DNA from: Methanoregula sp.
GTDB taxonomy: Archaea > Halobacteriota > Methanomicrobia > Methanomicrobiales > Methanospirillaceae
Length of the DNA stretch: 64,000 nt
Assembly: GCF_035543475.1 (NCBI RefSeq)
Contig: NZ_DATKKA010000010.1
Location: 7,363-71,362, forward strand
Direction of reading: 5' to 3'
Under the pieces are notes generated by a model. That model was given only the letters and a program-made list of their open reading frames with translations. It searched no databases and had not been told where the DNA came from. A program made the translations under genes and the position numbers. Shown here one piece after another: positions 29,435 through 38,909 of the stretch (its first letter is position 1; each line of letters opens with the position of its first letter).

Positions 29435-29698
29435 ATGCCAAATCCCGAAAAGACAATGGAAAACTGTATCCTGATGCTGCAGCACATCCAGGAGGACAGC
29501 ACGATCCCGAGAAACATCCGGCGTGTTGCCGATGAAACCCGGATCCTGCTCTCCAACAACAACAAGGCCATGGGCCTGCGCGCTGCAGAAGCAATCTCAA
29601 AAATCGATGAAATCTCCAATGATCCCAACATGCCCATTCATGCACGGACCCGGATCTGGGAGCTGGTGTCCCAGCTCGAGACAATACCGCTGGACTAG
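29435..29698 (+). CDS. UPF0147 family small protein
   Basis: [11 protein letters not shown]...[23 protein letters not shown] over 87 aa. The start was chosen at MPNPEK; the listed ORF starts at 29390. Confidence 0.75.
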   Translation: MPNPEKTMENCILMLQHIQEDSTIPRNIRRVADETRILLSNNNKAMGLRAAEAISKIDEISNDPNMPIHARTRIWELVSQLETIPLD

Positions 29699-29848
29699 GC
29701 CCGGCGGCGGTTTTTTCTGTTTTATTTTAATTATCACTTTTTCCCTGATCCTCTTTTCCGGGCGCCCCGCACTCACGCCGGCACGGGAATGATGCCGGAA
29801 GAAGGACAGGCAATCCCTTCGGGAAAAAAAGATGATGTTTTCTGCTGT

Positions 29849-30415
29849 TCAGGCTGTGCTGGCAGCGCGGACGCAGTACCCGAGGACAATTCCCACGATC
29901 CCGTAGATCACCAGAAGTGCGCCGACAATGATCACCATCAGGGCAACACCGATAACCGGGACCAGGGAGATCAGGAGACCCAGGATGATCGCAAGGACCC
30001 CCTGGAGAGCGAAAAGGCCACGGTGCATCATGTGCGGTTCACCGACAGCGAGGACCAGCCCGATGAGGCCTCCCAGGAACAGGGCGATGCCGGCGATCAC
30101 GATGATCACCTGACCCATGATTATGGGAGCAATAATCGTGGCAATCCCGAAGAAGAACCCGATGATCGCAAGCAACGCAAGGAGGAACGATTCTTTCCAG
30201 CCTCCTGGCGAGAGAGCGGCAAGCATCACCGCAGCAAACGAGGACAGGATGATCAGGATCCCGATCAGTTCAACAAGCACCGTTGCTGAGAGTGTCGGGA
30301 AGAGAACAACCAGAAGACCAAAGATTACTGCAAGCAAACCGAGAAGCACGAGAGCTCCCCATTTTACGCCGGTAGTATTGTCGCCGGCAGATACATTCGT
30401 GGCCATAGGCACCAA
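29849..30415 (-). CDS. HdeD/DUF308-like multi-pass membrane protein
   Basis: Six hydrophobic helices with a repeated G..L...G pattern typical of DUF308. Confidence 0.7.
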   Translation of the reverse strand: MVPMATNVSAGDNTTGVKWGALVLLGLLAVIFGLLVVLFPTLSATVLVELIGILIILSSFAAVMLAALSPGGWKESFLLALLAIIGFFFGIATIIAPIIMGQVIIVIAGIALFLGGLIGLVLAVGEPHMMHRGLFALQGVLAIILGLLISLVPVIGVALMVIIVGALLVIYGIVGIVLGYCVRAASTA

Positions 30416-30484
30416 TGAACCGTTCCGGCGTGCACCACGATAAAGATTTTTATATTAATTCCCGGGTTCCGGGAAAATAGGTTC

Positions 30485-30997
30485 TCAGGCGCCGGTTTGT
30501 GCTGCCAGCGTATGAGTGAGGGAGGGGATGCTGATCTGGTTGTTGAAGCCCGCCTGGTAACCGTCCGGGAAGGTGATCGTGGTGGTCTGCGGCGCGAAAT
30601 TGGCAGAGATCAGGGATCCGTACCATTCGTTCCTGACTTCCTGCTGGGCATTTGCAAAGGAGAAGGCCGGTGTGGTCATGATAGTACTGCCTCCCGACTG
30701 CACGACGCTGGCAAAAGAGGGGATGATCACGTCTGCCGAGGACATGTCGGCGCTGACTACGGTGACCGGCCGGCCGAGGTTCTCTGAAAGGGCGTTCTGG
30801 AGGGTGGCAGAGGGGTTGGCCGCGTGGAGAAAGATCGCAGCCTGTTCCACAAACGAGAGATCGTACTGCATATCTGCCTGTGCATCGCCGTTCCCGTTTA
30901 AGGTCACGGTAAGCGTCTTTGCGGTGAATGCCTGTGCCGGCATGACCGCCAGTAAAACAATGAGGATTCCCCCAAGGATCAGATAACTGCGCTTCAT
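30485..30997 (-). CDS. secreted hypothetical protein
   Basis: Signal peptide MKRSYLILGGILIVLLAVMPAQA. No recognised domain. Confidence 0.65.
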   Translation of the reverse strand: MKRSYLILGGILIVLLAVMPAQAFTAKTLTVTLNGNGDAQADMQYDLSFVEQAAIFLHAANPSATLQNALSENLGRPVTVVSADMSSADVIIPSFASVVQSGGSTIMTTPAFSFANAQQEVRNEWYGSLISANFAPQTTTITFPDGYQAGFNNQISIPSLTHTLAAQTGA

Positions 30998-31161
30998 AGG
31001 TGTCAGGTTTAGATTACAATTTTAGCTATAAAGGCTTGCTGCTGACACCATAATTACGTCGGAGAAGCGGTTATTTTCCCGGGGATGTCCCGGATCATTC
31101 AGGATCGGATTTCCTGCACAGGAAAATGGTGTTTTTCCGGATAAGAACAGGTCGGCGGCTC

Positions 31162-32127
31162 TCAGAGCCGCTCGGCAACGGTAACCAAGTCATCGAAATG
31201 CCGGCTCTTCTTGAAAAGCCACCACGTGAACCGCTCGACAACGGTAAAGGAGAAACTCCCGCCTGCCGCGTTCGGGTGGCCCCCACCGCCAAACTCCCGG
31301 GCGATCAGGTGGCTGACCGGCGGTACCGATCGGATCGAGAACTTCCCGTCTTTACCGATAATCACCTCGATATCGGTCCCCTTCTCCTTCCTGATGAAGT
31401 GTGCTGTCTCGCTCGGGTACCCGTAGAGCGGGGCAAAGACAATCCGGTACTTCTTCCCCCGGAAGCTCGCATGGGCAAGGCTGCGCTTCATCATCTCTGC
31501 CATCTCTGCACGGATCTCAGCGTTCTCGGCCTCGATGAGTGCATCGGAGAAGATCCCCGCCACCAGGCAGTCCCGGACATGCTCCCGGTTCTTCTTGCGC
31601 TGGAGCACCTGGCCCAGTACCGCGGACCGGGGATCTGCGTGCCGCCAGAGATCATAATCGCAGACAACCCGGGCCACTTCCGCCGCCACGGGGTTGTCCG
31701 GCAAGAGGTCGCGGGCAACGATCCCCGTGGCGCAGATCTCTGTATCGATATGAAGAACAGAGACTGCGTTCCTGACACCTGCGATCTCCTCCTCGCGCCA
31801 TCGGTGGTGGTCGCGCCACTCGATCACCCACCCGTTTGCCCGTGCCCGTGCAACCGTCTCTTTCATATCCTTCCGGCAGCCTAAGTCGGAGACCGAGAGA
31901 AGGTCCCCTTTTCCGGGGCAGGACGCAACAAGAGAGAAGAGCCCGGGGAACTTTCCCACCGAGCACCAGATGGTAAACACGCCCTCCTTTCCAAACCTCA
32001 TCCGGTGGATTGCATCGGCCCCGACCGCGTCGAGATCATTGTGGGTCAGGTGGACCACATGAGCGGTACGGGACGCTACGGCGCGGGCCAGGCCGGCATC
32101 ATCCTCGTAGGAAGGCGGGGGGGGCAT
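31162..32127 (-). CDS. DHH/DHHA1 family phosphoesterase
   Basis: HNDLDAVG (motif I), DHH and GGGHPNAAG (DHHA1). Confidence 0.85.
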   Translation of the reverse strand: MPPPPSYEDDAGLARAVASRTAHVVHLTHNDLDAVGADAIHRMRFGKEGVFTIWCSVGKFPGLFSLVASCPGKGDLLSVSDLGCRKDMKETVARARANGWVIEWRDHHRWREEEIAGVRNAVSVLHIDTEICATGIVARDLLPDNPVAAEVARVVCDYDLWRHADPRSAVLGQVLQRKKNREHVRDCLVAGIFSDALIEAENAEIRAEMAEMMKRSLAHASFRGKKYRIVFAPLYGYPSETAHFIRKEKGTDIEVIIGKDGKFSIRSVPPVSHLIAREFGGGGHPNAAGGSFSFTVVERFTWWLFKKSRHFDDLVTVAERL

Positions 32128-32197
32128 CAGGTTAATACTGGCATGGCGGGATATAAATAGGAGACGTCAGGGGAGATGATCCCCGGCCGGGCGTATC

Positions 32198-32206
32198 ATT
32201 TATTAA
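32198..32206 (+). promoter_or_regulatory. candidate TATA box for tRNA-Phe
   Basis: ATTTATTAA is centred about 31 nt upstream of the mature tRNA 5' end. Confidence 0.5.
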
Positions 32207-32232
32207 GCACAAGTGCCAACATTTGTACTCCT

Positions 32233-32306
32233 GCCCTAGTAGCTCAGACTGGGAGAGCGCCAGACTGAAGATCTGGTTGTCCCCGGTTCAAATCCGGGCT
32301 GGGGCA
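32233..32306 (+). tRNA. tRNA-Phe (anticodon GAA)
   Basis: Hand-folded 74-nt cloverleaf. Acceptor stem GCCCTAG/CTGGGGC, D stem GCTC/GAGC, anticodon stem CCAGA/TCTGG with loop CTGAAGA, T stem CCCGG/CCGGG with loop TTCAAAT, discriminator A. No encoded CCA and no intron. Confidence 0.95.
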
Positions 32307-32544
32307 TTTGGACAAAGGGTTAAATCCTGATTTTATTTTCGGGCTTTATTTGCCCGCATTTTCCCTTTGCAGATTACACATAATACAATTCTCGTGGTGT
32401 AGTTCCGGCATTTCTGCGGATTTCAGGTCGCCGGGTCATCCTGAATTGGTCGATGAAAACCCGGGAAATGTACTGGCGATAGTGTAATAACTCCCGGGGA
32501 ATCATTACCAGAACTAAGCAGAACAGCGTGGTGGCGGATACGTT

Positions 32545-34290
32545 GTGAAAATCCGGACAAAGACCATCCTCATCTTCTCTGCAACGCTTGTCGCCATTTT
32601 ACTCGTTTTTTTGATCGCCTCGGAAACCATCGTTATGGATGCATTTCATACCGTTGAAGTCCAGAGTGCCCAAAAAGATACGAACCGTGCCCTCTCGATA
32701 CTGGCAGCAGATACCAACCAGCTCGATGCTGTCGCCCAGGACTGGTCATCGCGGAATTCAATAGAGGATTCCATTGTACAGGCGAATAAACCCGGCCTTC
32801 TTTTGGAACTCGATAACCGAACGCTCGATCACCTCAGGTTCAACTATATTCTTTTTTATAACGCTTCCGGGGGATTAATCGCCGGAACAGGGTACGATAT
32901 AGAAAAACAGCAGGAGACACCGGTCCCATTATCTCTTGTAACCATCCCCCTGTCTCCGGCCGTTATTTCAACCATGCAATCGCAGGGGACCGGTTTCATC
33001 GGTATTATGAGTGATCCAAAGGATCCTCTTCTCCTTGCAGTCCAGCCGGTATATGGTCCTGACTCATCAGCCACACCGGTTGGCTATATACTCATGGCAA
33101 GGTATCTCGATGCAGCCGAAGTTCAGCGGTTGGGCAACCTGGTACAGCTGCCACTTGAGATACGTCGCTATGACGACCCTGCCCCTCCCGGGGACTATGA
33201 AGCGGCGATGGCATCATTTGAGAACGGAACGGAACCTTTTGTCCAGATCCAGGGAAACGATGCCATCACTGTCAACGCCCCGGTGTATATCGCAGTCCTT
33301 GACAGTAACAATATCGGGACCTACGCACTCATACGGGACATAAACGGGTCGCCACTGCTTATCCTGCGACTTACCATACCCCGGCTTATCTATGCCGAAG
33401 GAAATTCGACGATTATTTACTTCTTTGCATGTCTGGTCATTTTAGGGATCTCCCTGGGAGTGATCATGCTGATGCTGCTCGATGAAACCGTTATCTCCCG
33501 GCTCCTGTACGTGAGCAATCGCGTGAACTCTATCGGAGCTGCCCGGGATTTCTCGGCGCGTGTTTCGGTTACCGGGACCGATGAAGTGGCGCAACTGGCC
33601 ACCGGTGTCAACTCCATGCTGGGTGAACTCGAAGTGTCCCAGCAGTATCTCAAAAGCCGTCTGGACCAGAGAGAGAAAAGTTATCAGCTTTTTTTTAACA
33701 GTATCGTTGATCCCGTTCTTGTCTGGCGGTTCAGTAACGAGCAGGGGTTCGGCGAGTTGATTGAGGCGAATAATGCAGCAGTTGAAATACTCGGGTATTC
33801 CCGCCCTGAACTGGCCTCAATGAAGCTGGTTGATTTCCTTGCAACAGAAAATTCAACGGATCATGATTCCCTGATACAGCAGCTTATCTCAAACGGGAAG
33901 GTTCATTTTGAAGGATCGTATCGCACAAAGCAGGGAACCCTGATCCCCATCGAAGTCATTGCTCACACCTTCGACGAGTTTGGTGAAAAAGCGGTTCTGA
34001 TCATCACTCGCGACATCACCGAACGAAAGGATGTTGAGCGACTGAAGAGGGAAGCATTCCAGCAGATCGAGAAGAACATGCAGCAGTTTGCAATCCTCAA
34101 TGATCAGCTGCGAAATCCCATCCAGGGTATTATCGGGACCGCCGATCTGATGGAGGATGTCCATAAAGAAAAACTCATCCGGCTGGCGAAAATGATAAAT
34201 GAGATTGTTTGTAAACTCGACCAAGGCTATATTGAATCTGAAAAAATCCGCGAATTCCTGCGGAAATATTACGGCCTGGGAAAAAAATAA
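32545..34290 (+). CDS. membrane signalling protein: CHASE4-like extracellular domain, HAMP, PAS and a degenerate DHp-like tail, with no ATPase domain
   Basis: GTG start. Has an N-terminal TM helix, an extracellular domain of about 270 aa, a second TM helix, HAMP and PAS. It ends in FAILNDQLRNPIQGIIGTADLM plus about 45 aa. Confidence 0.8.
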   Translation: MKIRTKTILIFSATLVAILLVFLIASETIVMDAFHTVEVQSAQKDTNRALSILAADTNQLDAVAQDWSSRNSIEDSIVQANKPGLLLELDNRTLDHLRFNYILFYNASGGLIAGTGYDIEKQQETPVPLSLVTIPLSPAVISTMQSQGTGFIGIMSDPKDPLLLAVQPVYGPDSSATPVGYILMARYLDAAEVQRLGNLVQLPLEIRRYDDPAPPGDYEAAMASFENGTEPFVQIQGNDAITVNAPVYIAVLDSNNIGTYALIRDINGSPLLILRLTIPRLIYAEGNSTIIYFFACLVILGISLGVIMLMLLDETVISRLLYVSNRVNSIGAARDFSARVSVTGTDEVAQLATGVNSMLGELEVSQQYLKSRLDQREKSYQLFFNSIVDPVLVWRFSNEQGFGELIEANNAAVEILGYSRPELASMKLVDFLATENSTDHDSLIQQLISNGKVHFEGSYRTKQGTLIPIEVIAHTFDEFGEKAVLIITRDITERKDVERLKREAFQQIEKNMQQFAILNDQLRNPIQGIIGTADLMEDVHKEKLIRLAKMINEIVCKLDQGYIESEKIREFLRKYYGLGKK

Positions 34291-34567
34291 AACAACAGTC
34301 GCGTTTCAATTTTTATCCCGGATGTTAAAAACAATTGGTCTCCCTTAGTACAGGAGATAACTACGGGGATTTCCGGAAATCATTTTGTCAATGGGATTTA
34401 TTTAATGACAATTATGCGAAAAATTTATCATTCCATACTAGGATAGCAGAACCTACCCTCAATCGTATATTTTTTTAAAAACGGGTACAATGTCGCATAT
34501 AATATCAAAATATGTTGGTAAGAACGAGTATCTGGTCAGGATACGGATGTCTGGACCCAATCTGTAC

Positions 34568-35929
34568 ATGCACATCAGAAAAATTCTGGTGTTCCTTGTT
34601 GTTCTGAGTGTCATGCAGATGACGGTAAATGGTGTGTTGCTTACGTCATCGTTCTCACAGAATGGTTCGGGACGAGCAGGAATACAGGAGAGCAGTTCCG
34701 GAAATTCGGTTCCGGTGACCGCAATGGCAGTCCCTGATTCTTCTGCCTCCACCACACCATTATTGGCACGTGGAGGCGGCGGCCATGGCGGTGGCGGTGG
34801 CCACGGCGGCGGTGGCCACGGCGGCGGTGGATCCGGTGGTGGTGGATCCGGTGGTGGTGGATCCGGTGGTGGATCCGGTGGCGGTGGATCCGGTGGCGGT
34901 GGATCCGGTGGTGGCAATGGAGGCGGCCATTCCGGGGCCGGTAACTCCGGGAACAGCAATTCCGGAGGGAGCGGATCCGGGAATAATGCCAATTCCGGAA
35001 ACGGTAACTCCAAAAACAGCAATTCCGGAGAAGGCAGATCCGGGAATAATGCCAATTCCGGAAACGGTAACTCCGGAGGGAATCAGGGGCAGGCGCAAAC
35101 AGGAACCCAGCGTGAAGGATCCTATTTTGTCACGGCAGGTGTCAAGGGAGCAACAGTAAGCTCTGCTGGTACGGGCAAGATGATCACCATCAACGAGCAG
35201 GAAGCCCAACGTTCAGGAGAGAAAATTTCAGAACATAATAATGCCATTTCGTTGGAGAATGGCCCGGTGGTAATCACCATTACACCTCAATCAGCCCCGA
35301 CAGTGAATAACGGACAAATTTCTGCAGAAATTGGATCAATTTCAATGCAAAGTTTCCCCGTTACCGCGCAGTTTGCCGGAAAAGGCATGGTTTCTGCGGC
35401 ATTCCATTCAGAAATGAATAATATGCCTCCTGAAGATGCCTTGGTCGGGCTTTCTCTTGCCGAAAAGCCGGATGCCCATACGGCGACCGTAATCGGGAAT
35501 ACCGTCAATGAAAATGGATATCGTCTGGATGCAGTTGCCTATACTGCGCAGGTTAAAAAGACGGATCTTGCAGATAAGACCTATATCGGTCAATCTTCTG
35601 TCACCATGAGCATTGCGCCATCGTGGGTGCTGAACCACGGCGGGATCTCGGGTGTGAAAATCGTCCGGCTGGCAGATGACGGGACATCCCAGCTGCTCAA
35701 TACACAATTTTCCGGACTGGATAGCTCTTTCAATATGATCTATACCGGCGAATCACCAGGGGGACTTTCCATGTTCGCGCTGGTATCTGTTGTGCCACAG
35801 AAAGTGATCGTTGCCCCCACCACTTCCACCACAATATCCCTGAGGCCCCTGACACCAAGTGAAACCTCGATATTCTTCGTCCCCATCCTGGTGCTTTTTA
35901 TCGCTCTCTTTACGCTACGGAGAAAATAG
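34568..35929 (+). CDS. secreted Gly/Ser/Asn-rich low-complexity protein with PGF-pre-PGF-like domain and C-terminal anchor
   Basis: Signal-like MHIRKILVFLVVLSVMQ (the listed ORF starts at 34490). Contains a run of about 100 aa of GGGH/GGGGS/NSGN repeats, a globular domain (SIAPSWVLNHGG...GLSMFALVSV) and a terminal TM helix with RRK. Confidence 0.8.
   Translation: MHIRKILVFLVVLSVMQMTVNGVLLTSSFSQNGSGRAGIQESSSGNSVPVTAMAVPDSSASTTPLLARGGGGHGGGGGHGGGGHGGGGSGGGGSGGGGSGGGSGGGGSGGGGSGGGNGGGHSGAGNSGNSNSGGSGSGNNANSGNGNSKNSNSGEGRSGNNANSGNGNSGGNQGQAQTGTQREGSYFVTAGVKGATVSSAGTGKMITINEQEAQRSGEKISEHNNAISLENGPVVITITPQSAPTVNNGQISAEIGSISMQSFPVTAQFAGKGMVSAAFHSEMNNMPPEDALVGLSLAEKPDAHTATVIGNTVNENGYRLDAVAYTAQVKKTDLADKTYIGQSSVTMSIAPSWVLNHGGISGVKIVRLADDGTSQLLNTQFSGLDSSFNMIYTGESPGGLSMFALVSVVPQKVIVAPTTSTTISLRPLTPSETSIFFVPILVLFIALFTLRRK
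34772..35090 (+). repeat. in-frame tandem DNA repeats encoding the Gly-rich tract
   Basis: GGTGGTGGTGGATCC-type 15-nt units, plus a 38-nt unit GATCCGGGAATAATGCCAATTCCGGAAACGGTAACTCC present at 34974 and 35037. Confidence 0.85.
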
Positions 35930-35991
35930 TCCCCCTCTTTTCGGTGCCGATAAGGTTCTGAAAGGCATGATGTACCGGCCCCTGCCTAAGC

Positions 35992-36151
35992 TGCCCGGGG
36001 AATTTTGATCTGCGAGGACCTTGCCATTATCCCGGTGATGCTGATCGTACCGCTCCCTGCCGGGAACAGCCCGACGTTCGATTTCTCCAAGGTCCCCTAC
36101 GGGCCAGCCAGGATAGCCCTCATCTTTCTCGTTATCGTTGTCCCGGGATAC
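35992..36151 (+). pseudogene. orphan fragment of the CPA2 antiporter gene (paralogous to 37302-37460)
   Basis: About 160 bp align at roughly 85-90% identity to an internal part of the gene at 36865. The in-frame translation ILICEDLAIIPVMLIVPLPAGNSPTFDFSKVPYGPARIALIFLVIVVPGY compares with ILICQDLAIIPMMLIVPLLAGNSSTFDFSEVPYEAAKIALIFLVIVVLGY. There is no start codon, and a stop lies 4 codons upstream. Confidence 0.85.
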
Positions 36152-36201
36152 TTAAAAAAGTAAAAAATGGCCCTGCAAAAGAAGGTGAAACTACCTTCCT
36201 T

Positions 36202-36657
36202 TCAGCTGACACGTGAATATACCAGTGACGGATATTCGGTATCATGGGCCGTACCGGAACTGGCATCAAGCACCCAGTTCGCCGGTGCAGTCCGGCCCGT
36301 GATCGTTATGGTATACTTGCCATTGCCGGCACTCTGCCAGGTCCCGGATTTCATTACCTGGCTCCCCCCGTTGAGATAACCGGTGAAACTTCCGTCAGCA
36401 CCGAAGACAACCTGTGCGCTGTCACCCTGTACCGTGGGAGTTGACCATTTGCCGACAATAGGATCCTGCGATGCTGCAGCTCCGGGTGCTGCTGCCGGAG
36501 TTGCCGCGCCAGGTGTTGAAATCTGTGTTGTGGCCGGCGAAGCCGGCACCGTGCCAGCCGGAGCACTGGAACTGGTCGTGCTGCTGGTACATCCAGCCAC
36601 AAAAATCACCGCAAGACAAACAAGGGCAAGAAAAACAATGGCTTTTTTCTTAGACAT
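36202..36657 (-). CDS. lipoprotein-like secreted hypothetical protein
   Basis: MSKKKAIVFLALVCLAVIFVAGC lipobox-like signal, an Ala/Pro/Thr linker, and a small beta-rich domain. Confidence 0.7.
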   Translation of the reverse strand: MSKKKAIVFLALVCLAVIFVAGCTSSTTSSSAPAGTVPASPATTQISTPGAATPAAAPGAAASQDPIVGKWSTPTVQGDSAQVVFGADGSFTGYLNGGSQVMKSGTWQSAGNGKYTITITGRTAPANWVLDASSGTAHDTEYPSLVYSRVS

Positions 36658-36864
36658 ATGACGGGGTAGATCATTACCCGCAATAATTGTTTCTGTTTTT
36701 ACCTGATATTCAGCCCGGGGACGTCCATGTCCTGTACGGCAGCGAGGCCCCTATCCGGCAATTCCTGCCCCTGGTGACCGGCCCGGCGGATTCCCGGAAC
36801 CTATAATACTTTTCCCGACGGAACTCTGGTACTTCGTTGTGGGGTACTCAGGGAGGATTCTTTC

Positions 36865-38859
36865 ATGGACATCATGCTTGCTGCCGTCGGTGTTATTGTC
36901 CTGTCGATTATCCTCCTGTACTATGGCCACCGCTTCGGCCTGCCCAGCATTGTCAGTTTTCTTGTGATCGGGATGGTAGCGGGGCCTTTTGGCCTTGCAC
37001 TCATCACTGACCAGTCTTTGATTGCCACGATCGGGGAGATCGGTATCGTCCTGCTCCTCTTTACAATCGGTCTCGAGTTCTCGTTCCAGTCCTTCCTGCG
37101 CTCGTGGCGGGCAGTCATCATCGGCGGCCTTGCCCAGATCTGCACTACCATCGTTGCCACGACCGCGATCAACCTGGCGTTCCAGATGCCGTTTAACGAG
37201 GCACTGCTCTTCGGCTTTATCGTCTCCCTTTCGAGCACCGCGATCGTGATGAAGATCCTCCAGGACAAGGGGGAGGTGGACACGCTCCAGGGTAGGACGC
37301 TTCTGGGGATTTTGATCTGCCAGGACCTTGCCATCATCCCGATGATGCTGATCGTACCGCTCCTGGCCGGGAACAGCTCAACCTTCGATTTCTCCGAGGT
37401 CCCCTACGAGGCAGCCAAGATAGCCCTCATCTTCCTTGTGATCGTTGTCCTGGGGTACTGGGGCATCCCCCGGCTCCTCTTCAAGGTTGCAAAGGAACGC
37501 AGCCGTGAGCTTTTCCTCTTCACCATTGCCGGCATCTGCATCGTCATTGCCTGGCTCACGAGCGAAGCCGGGCTTTCGTTTACGCTGGGGGCATTCATTG
37601 CCGGCCTGATCATCGGCGAATCGGATTACAACATCGACGCCCTGGGCCACATCATCCCCTTCCGCGATGTCTTTGCCGCCATCTTCTTCCTCTCGATCGG
37701 GATGCTCTTAGACACGGGCACCATACTCGACAATCTCTATTTTGTCGTGATCACGATCCTGGGGATCTTCCTCGTCAAGGTCCTGACCGGGTCCTTCGCC
37801 GCAACGGTGCTGAGGATGCCCACCCGGGTCTGCATCTTTACCGGTCTTGCGCTCGCCCAGATCGGGGAGTTCTCCTTTGTCCTTGCCGGGACCGGCCGGG
37901 ATGCCGGGGTCATCCAGGAGCCGGTGTACCAGGTCTTTTTGGCCGGCGCCATCGTAACCATGGCATTCACGCCCTTTGCCATGCGCGCATCCCCCCGCGC
38001 GGTAGACCTCTTCTACCGGGTCTTCCCGGCGCGATCGTCACGGCAAAAGACCCCGGAGCCGGAAGAGAGTTCCCCGGCCGAGATCCTCTCCAACCACATC
38101 GTCATTGCCGGCTACGGCATTACCGGCAAGAGCGTGGCACGGGCGGCAACGCTCGCCGGTATCCCCTACATGGTCATCGAGCTCAACCCCGAGATCATCC
38201 GGCAGGAGCGATCCCAGTACCGTCCCAACTTCATCTTTGGCGATGCCGTGCAGGAGGAGGTGCTCGAACACGCCGGCATCCGGCATGCACGGGCGATGGT
38301 CGTCACCGTTTCCGAGGAGGAGGCCGTTCCCCGGATCATCCACACGGCCCGGCAGCTCTCACCCGGCGTCCATATCCTTGCACGGACCCGGCATGTCAGG
38401 AATGCCCAGCACCTGCTCGACCTTGGGGCGGACGAGGTCATCTCCGAGGAGTTTGAGTCGGCCCTCGAGATCTTTGTCCGGGCCCTGAAACGCTACGAGT
38501 TCCCCGATGAGGAGGTGAACCGGATCATCCAGCGGACCCGGCGCCTGGGCGACGCTCTTTTTACCCGGTGCACCGACCCCACGCAGCACCAGAAGGTCCA
38601 GAACTTTGAGACGCTTTTTAAGGCAACGCACATCCACACGGTCCAGGTGGAGGCAGGTTCTGAAGTGGAAGGAAAGACCATCGGTGAACTGGCATTAAAA
38701 GAGCGCTTTGGCATCCGGGAGTTCGGGTTCCGCCGGGGATCGATGCGTTTCTCCACTCCTGACCCGTCCCTCCGCCTCGAGGCCGGGGACACGCTGGTCT
38801 TATTTATCACGGACGAGAAGGCAGGAAAGATCATCCCGCTCTTCTCGGCGCCGGTATGA
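36865..38859 (+). CDS. Kef-type monovalent cation:proton antiporter (CPA2) with RCK (TrkA-N/TrkA-C) domains
   Basis: About 12 TM helices, then a Rossmann motif (IVIAGYGITGKSV) and a TrkA-C-like tail. Confidence 0.9.
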   Translation: MDIMLAAVGVIVLSIILLYYGHRFGLPSIVSFLVIGMVAGPFGLALITDQSLIATIGEIGIVLLLFTIGLEFSFQSFLRSWRAVIIGGLAQICTTIVATTAINLAFQMPFNEALLFGFIVSLSSTAIVMKILQDKGEVDTLQGRTLLGILICQDLAIIPMMLIVPLLAGNSSTFDFSEVPYEAAKIALIFLVIVVLGYWGIPRLLFKVAKERSRELFLFTIAGICIVIAWLTSEAGLSFTLGAFIAGLIIGESDYNIDALGHIIPFRDVFAAIFFLSIGMLLDTGTILDNLYFVVITILGIFLVKVLTGSFAATVLRMPTRVCIFTGLALAQIGEFSFVLAGTGRDAGVIQEPVYQVFLAGAIVTMAFTPFAMRASPRAVDLFYRVFPARSSRQKTPEPEESSPAEILSNHIVIAGYGITGKSVARAATLAGIPYMVIELNPEIIRQERSQYRPNFIFGDAVQEEVLEHAGIRHARAMVVTVSEEEAVPRIIHTARQLSPGVHILARTRHVRNAQHLLDLGADEVISEEFESALEIFVRALKRYEFPDEEVNRIIQRTRRLGDALFTRCTDPTQHQKVQNFETLFKATHIHTVQVEAGSEVEGKTIGELALKERFGIREFGFRRGSMRFSTPDPSLRLEAGDTLVLFITDEKAGKIIPLFSAPV

Positions 38860-38909
38860 TAGTCTGCCCGGGCACCGGGGAATATAAAAATTACCACAGC
38901 GAGACACTT

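Noticed and set aside
34459-35055. 198-aa poly-Pro ORF (PPPDPPPP...)
   Set aside because: It is the mirror image of the Gly-codon repeats. The plus-strand frame continues into a signal peptide, a globular domain and a membrane anchor.
32233-36200. Idea that tRNA-Phe marks the integration site of a genomic island covering the sensor and Gly-rich protein genes
   Set aside because: No integrase gene and no direct repeat of the tRNA 3' end could be found downstream. Only the antiporter fragment hints at rearrangement.
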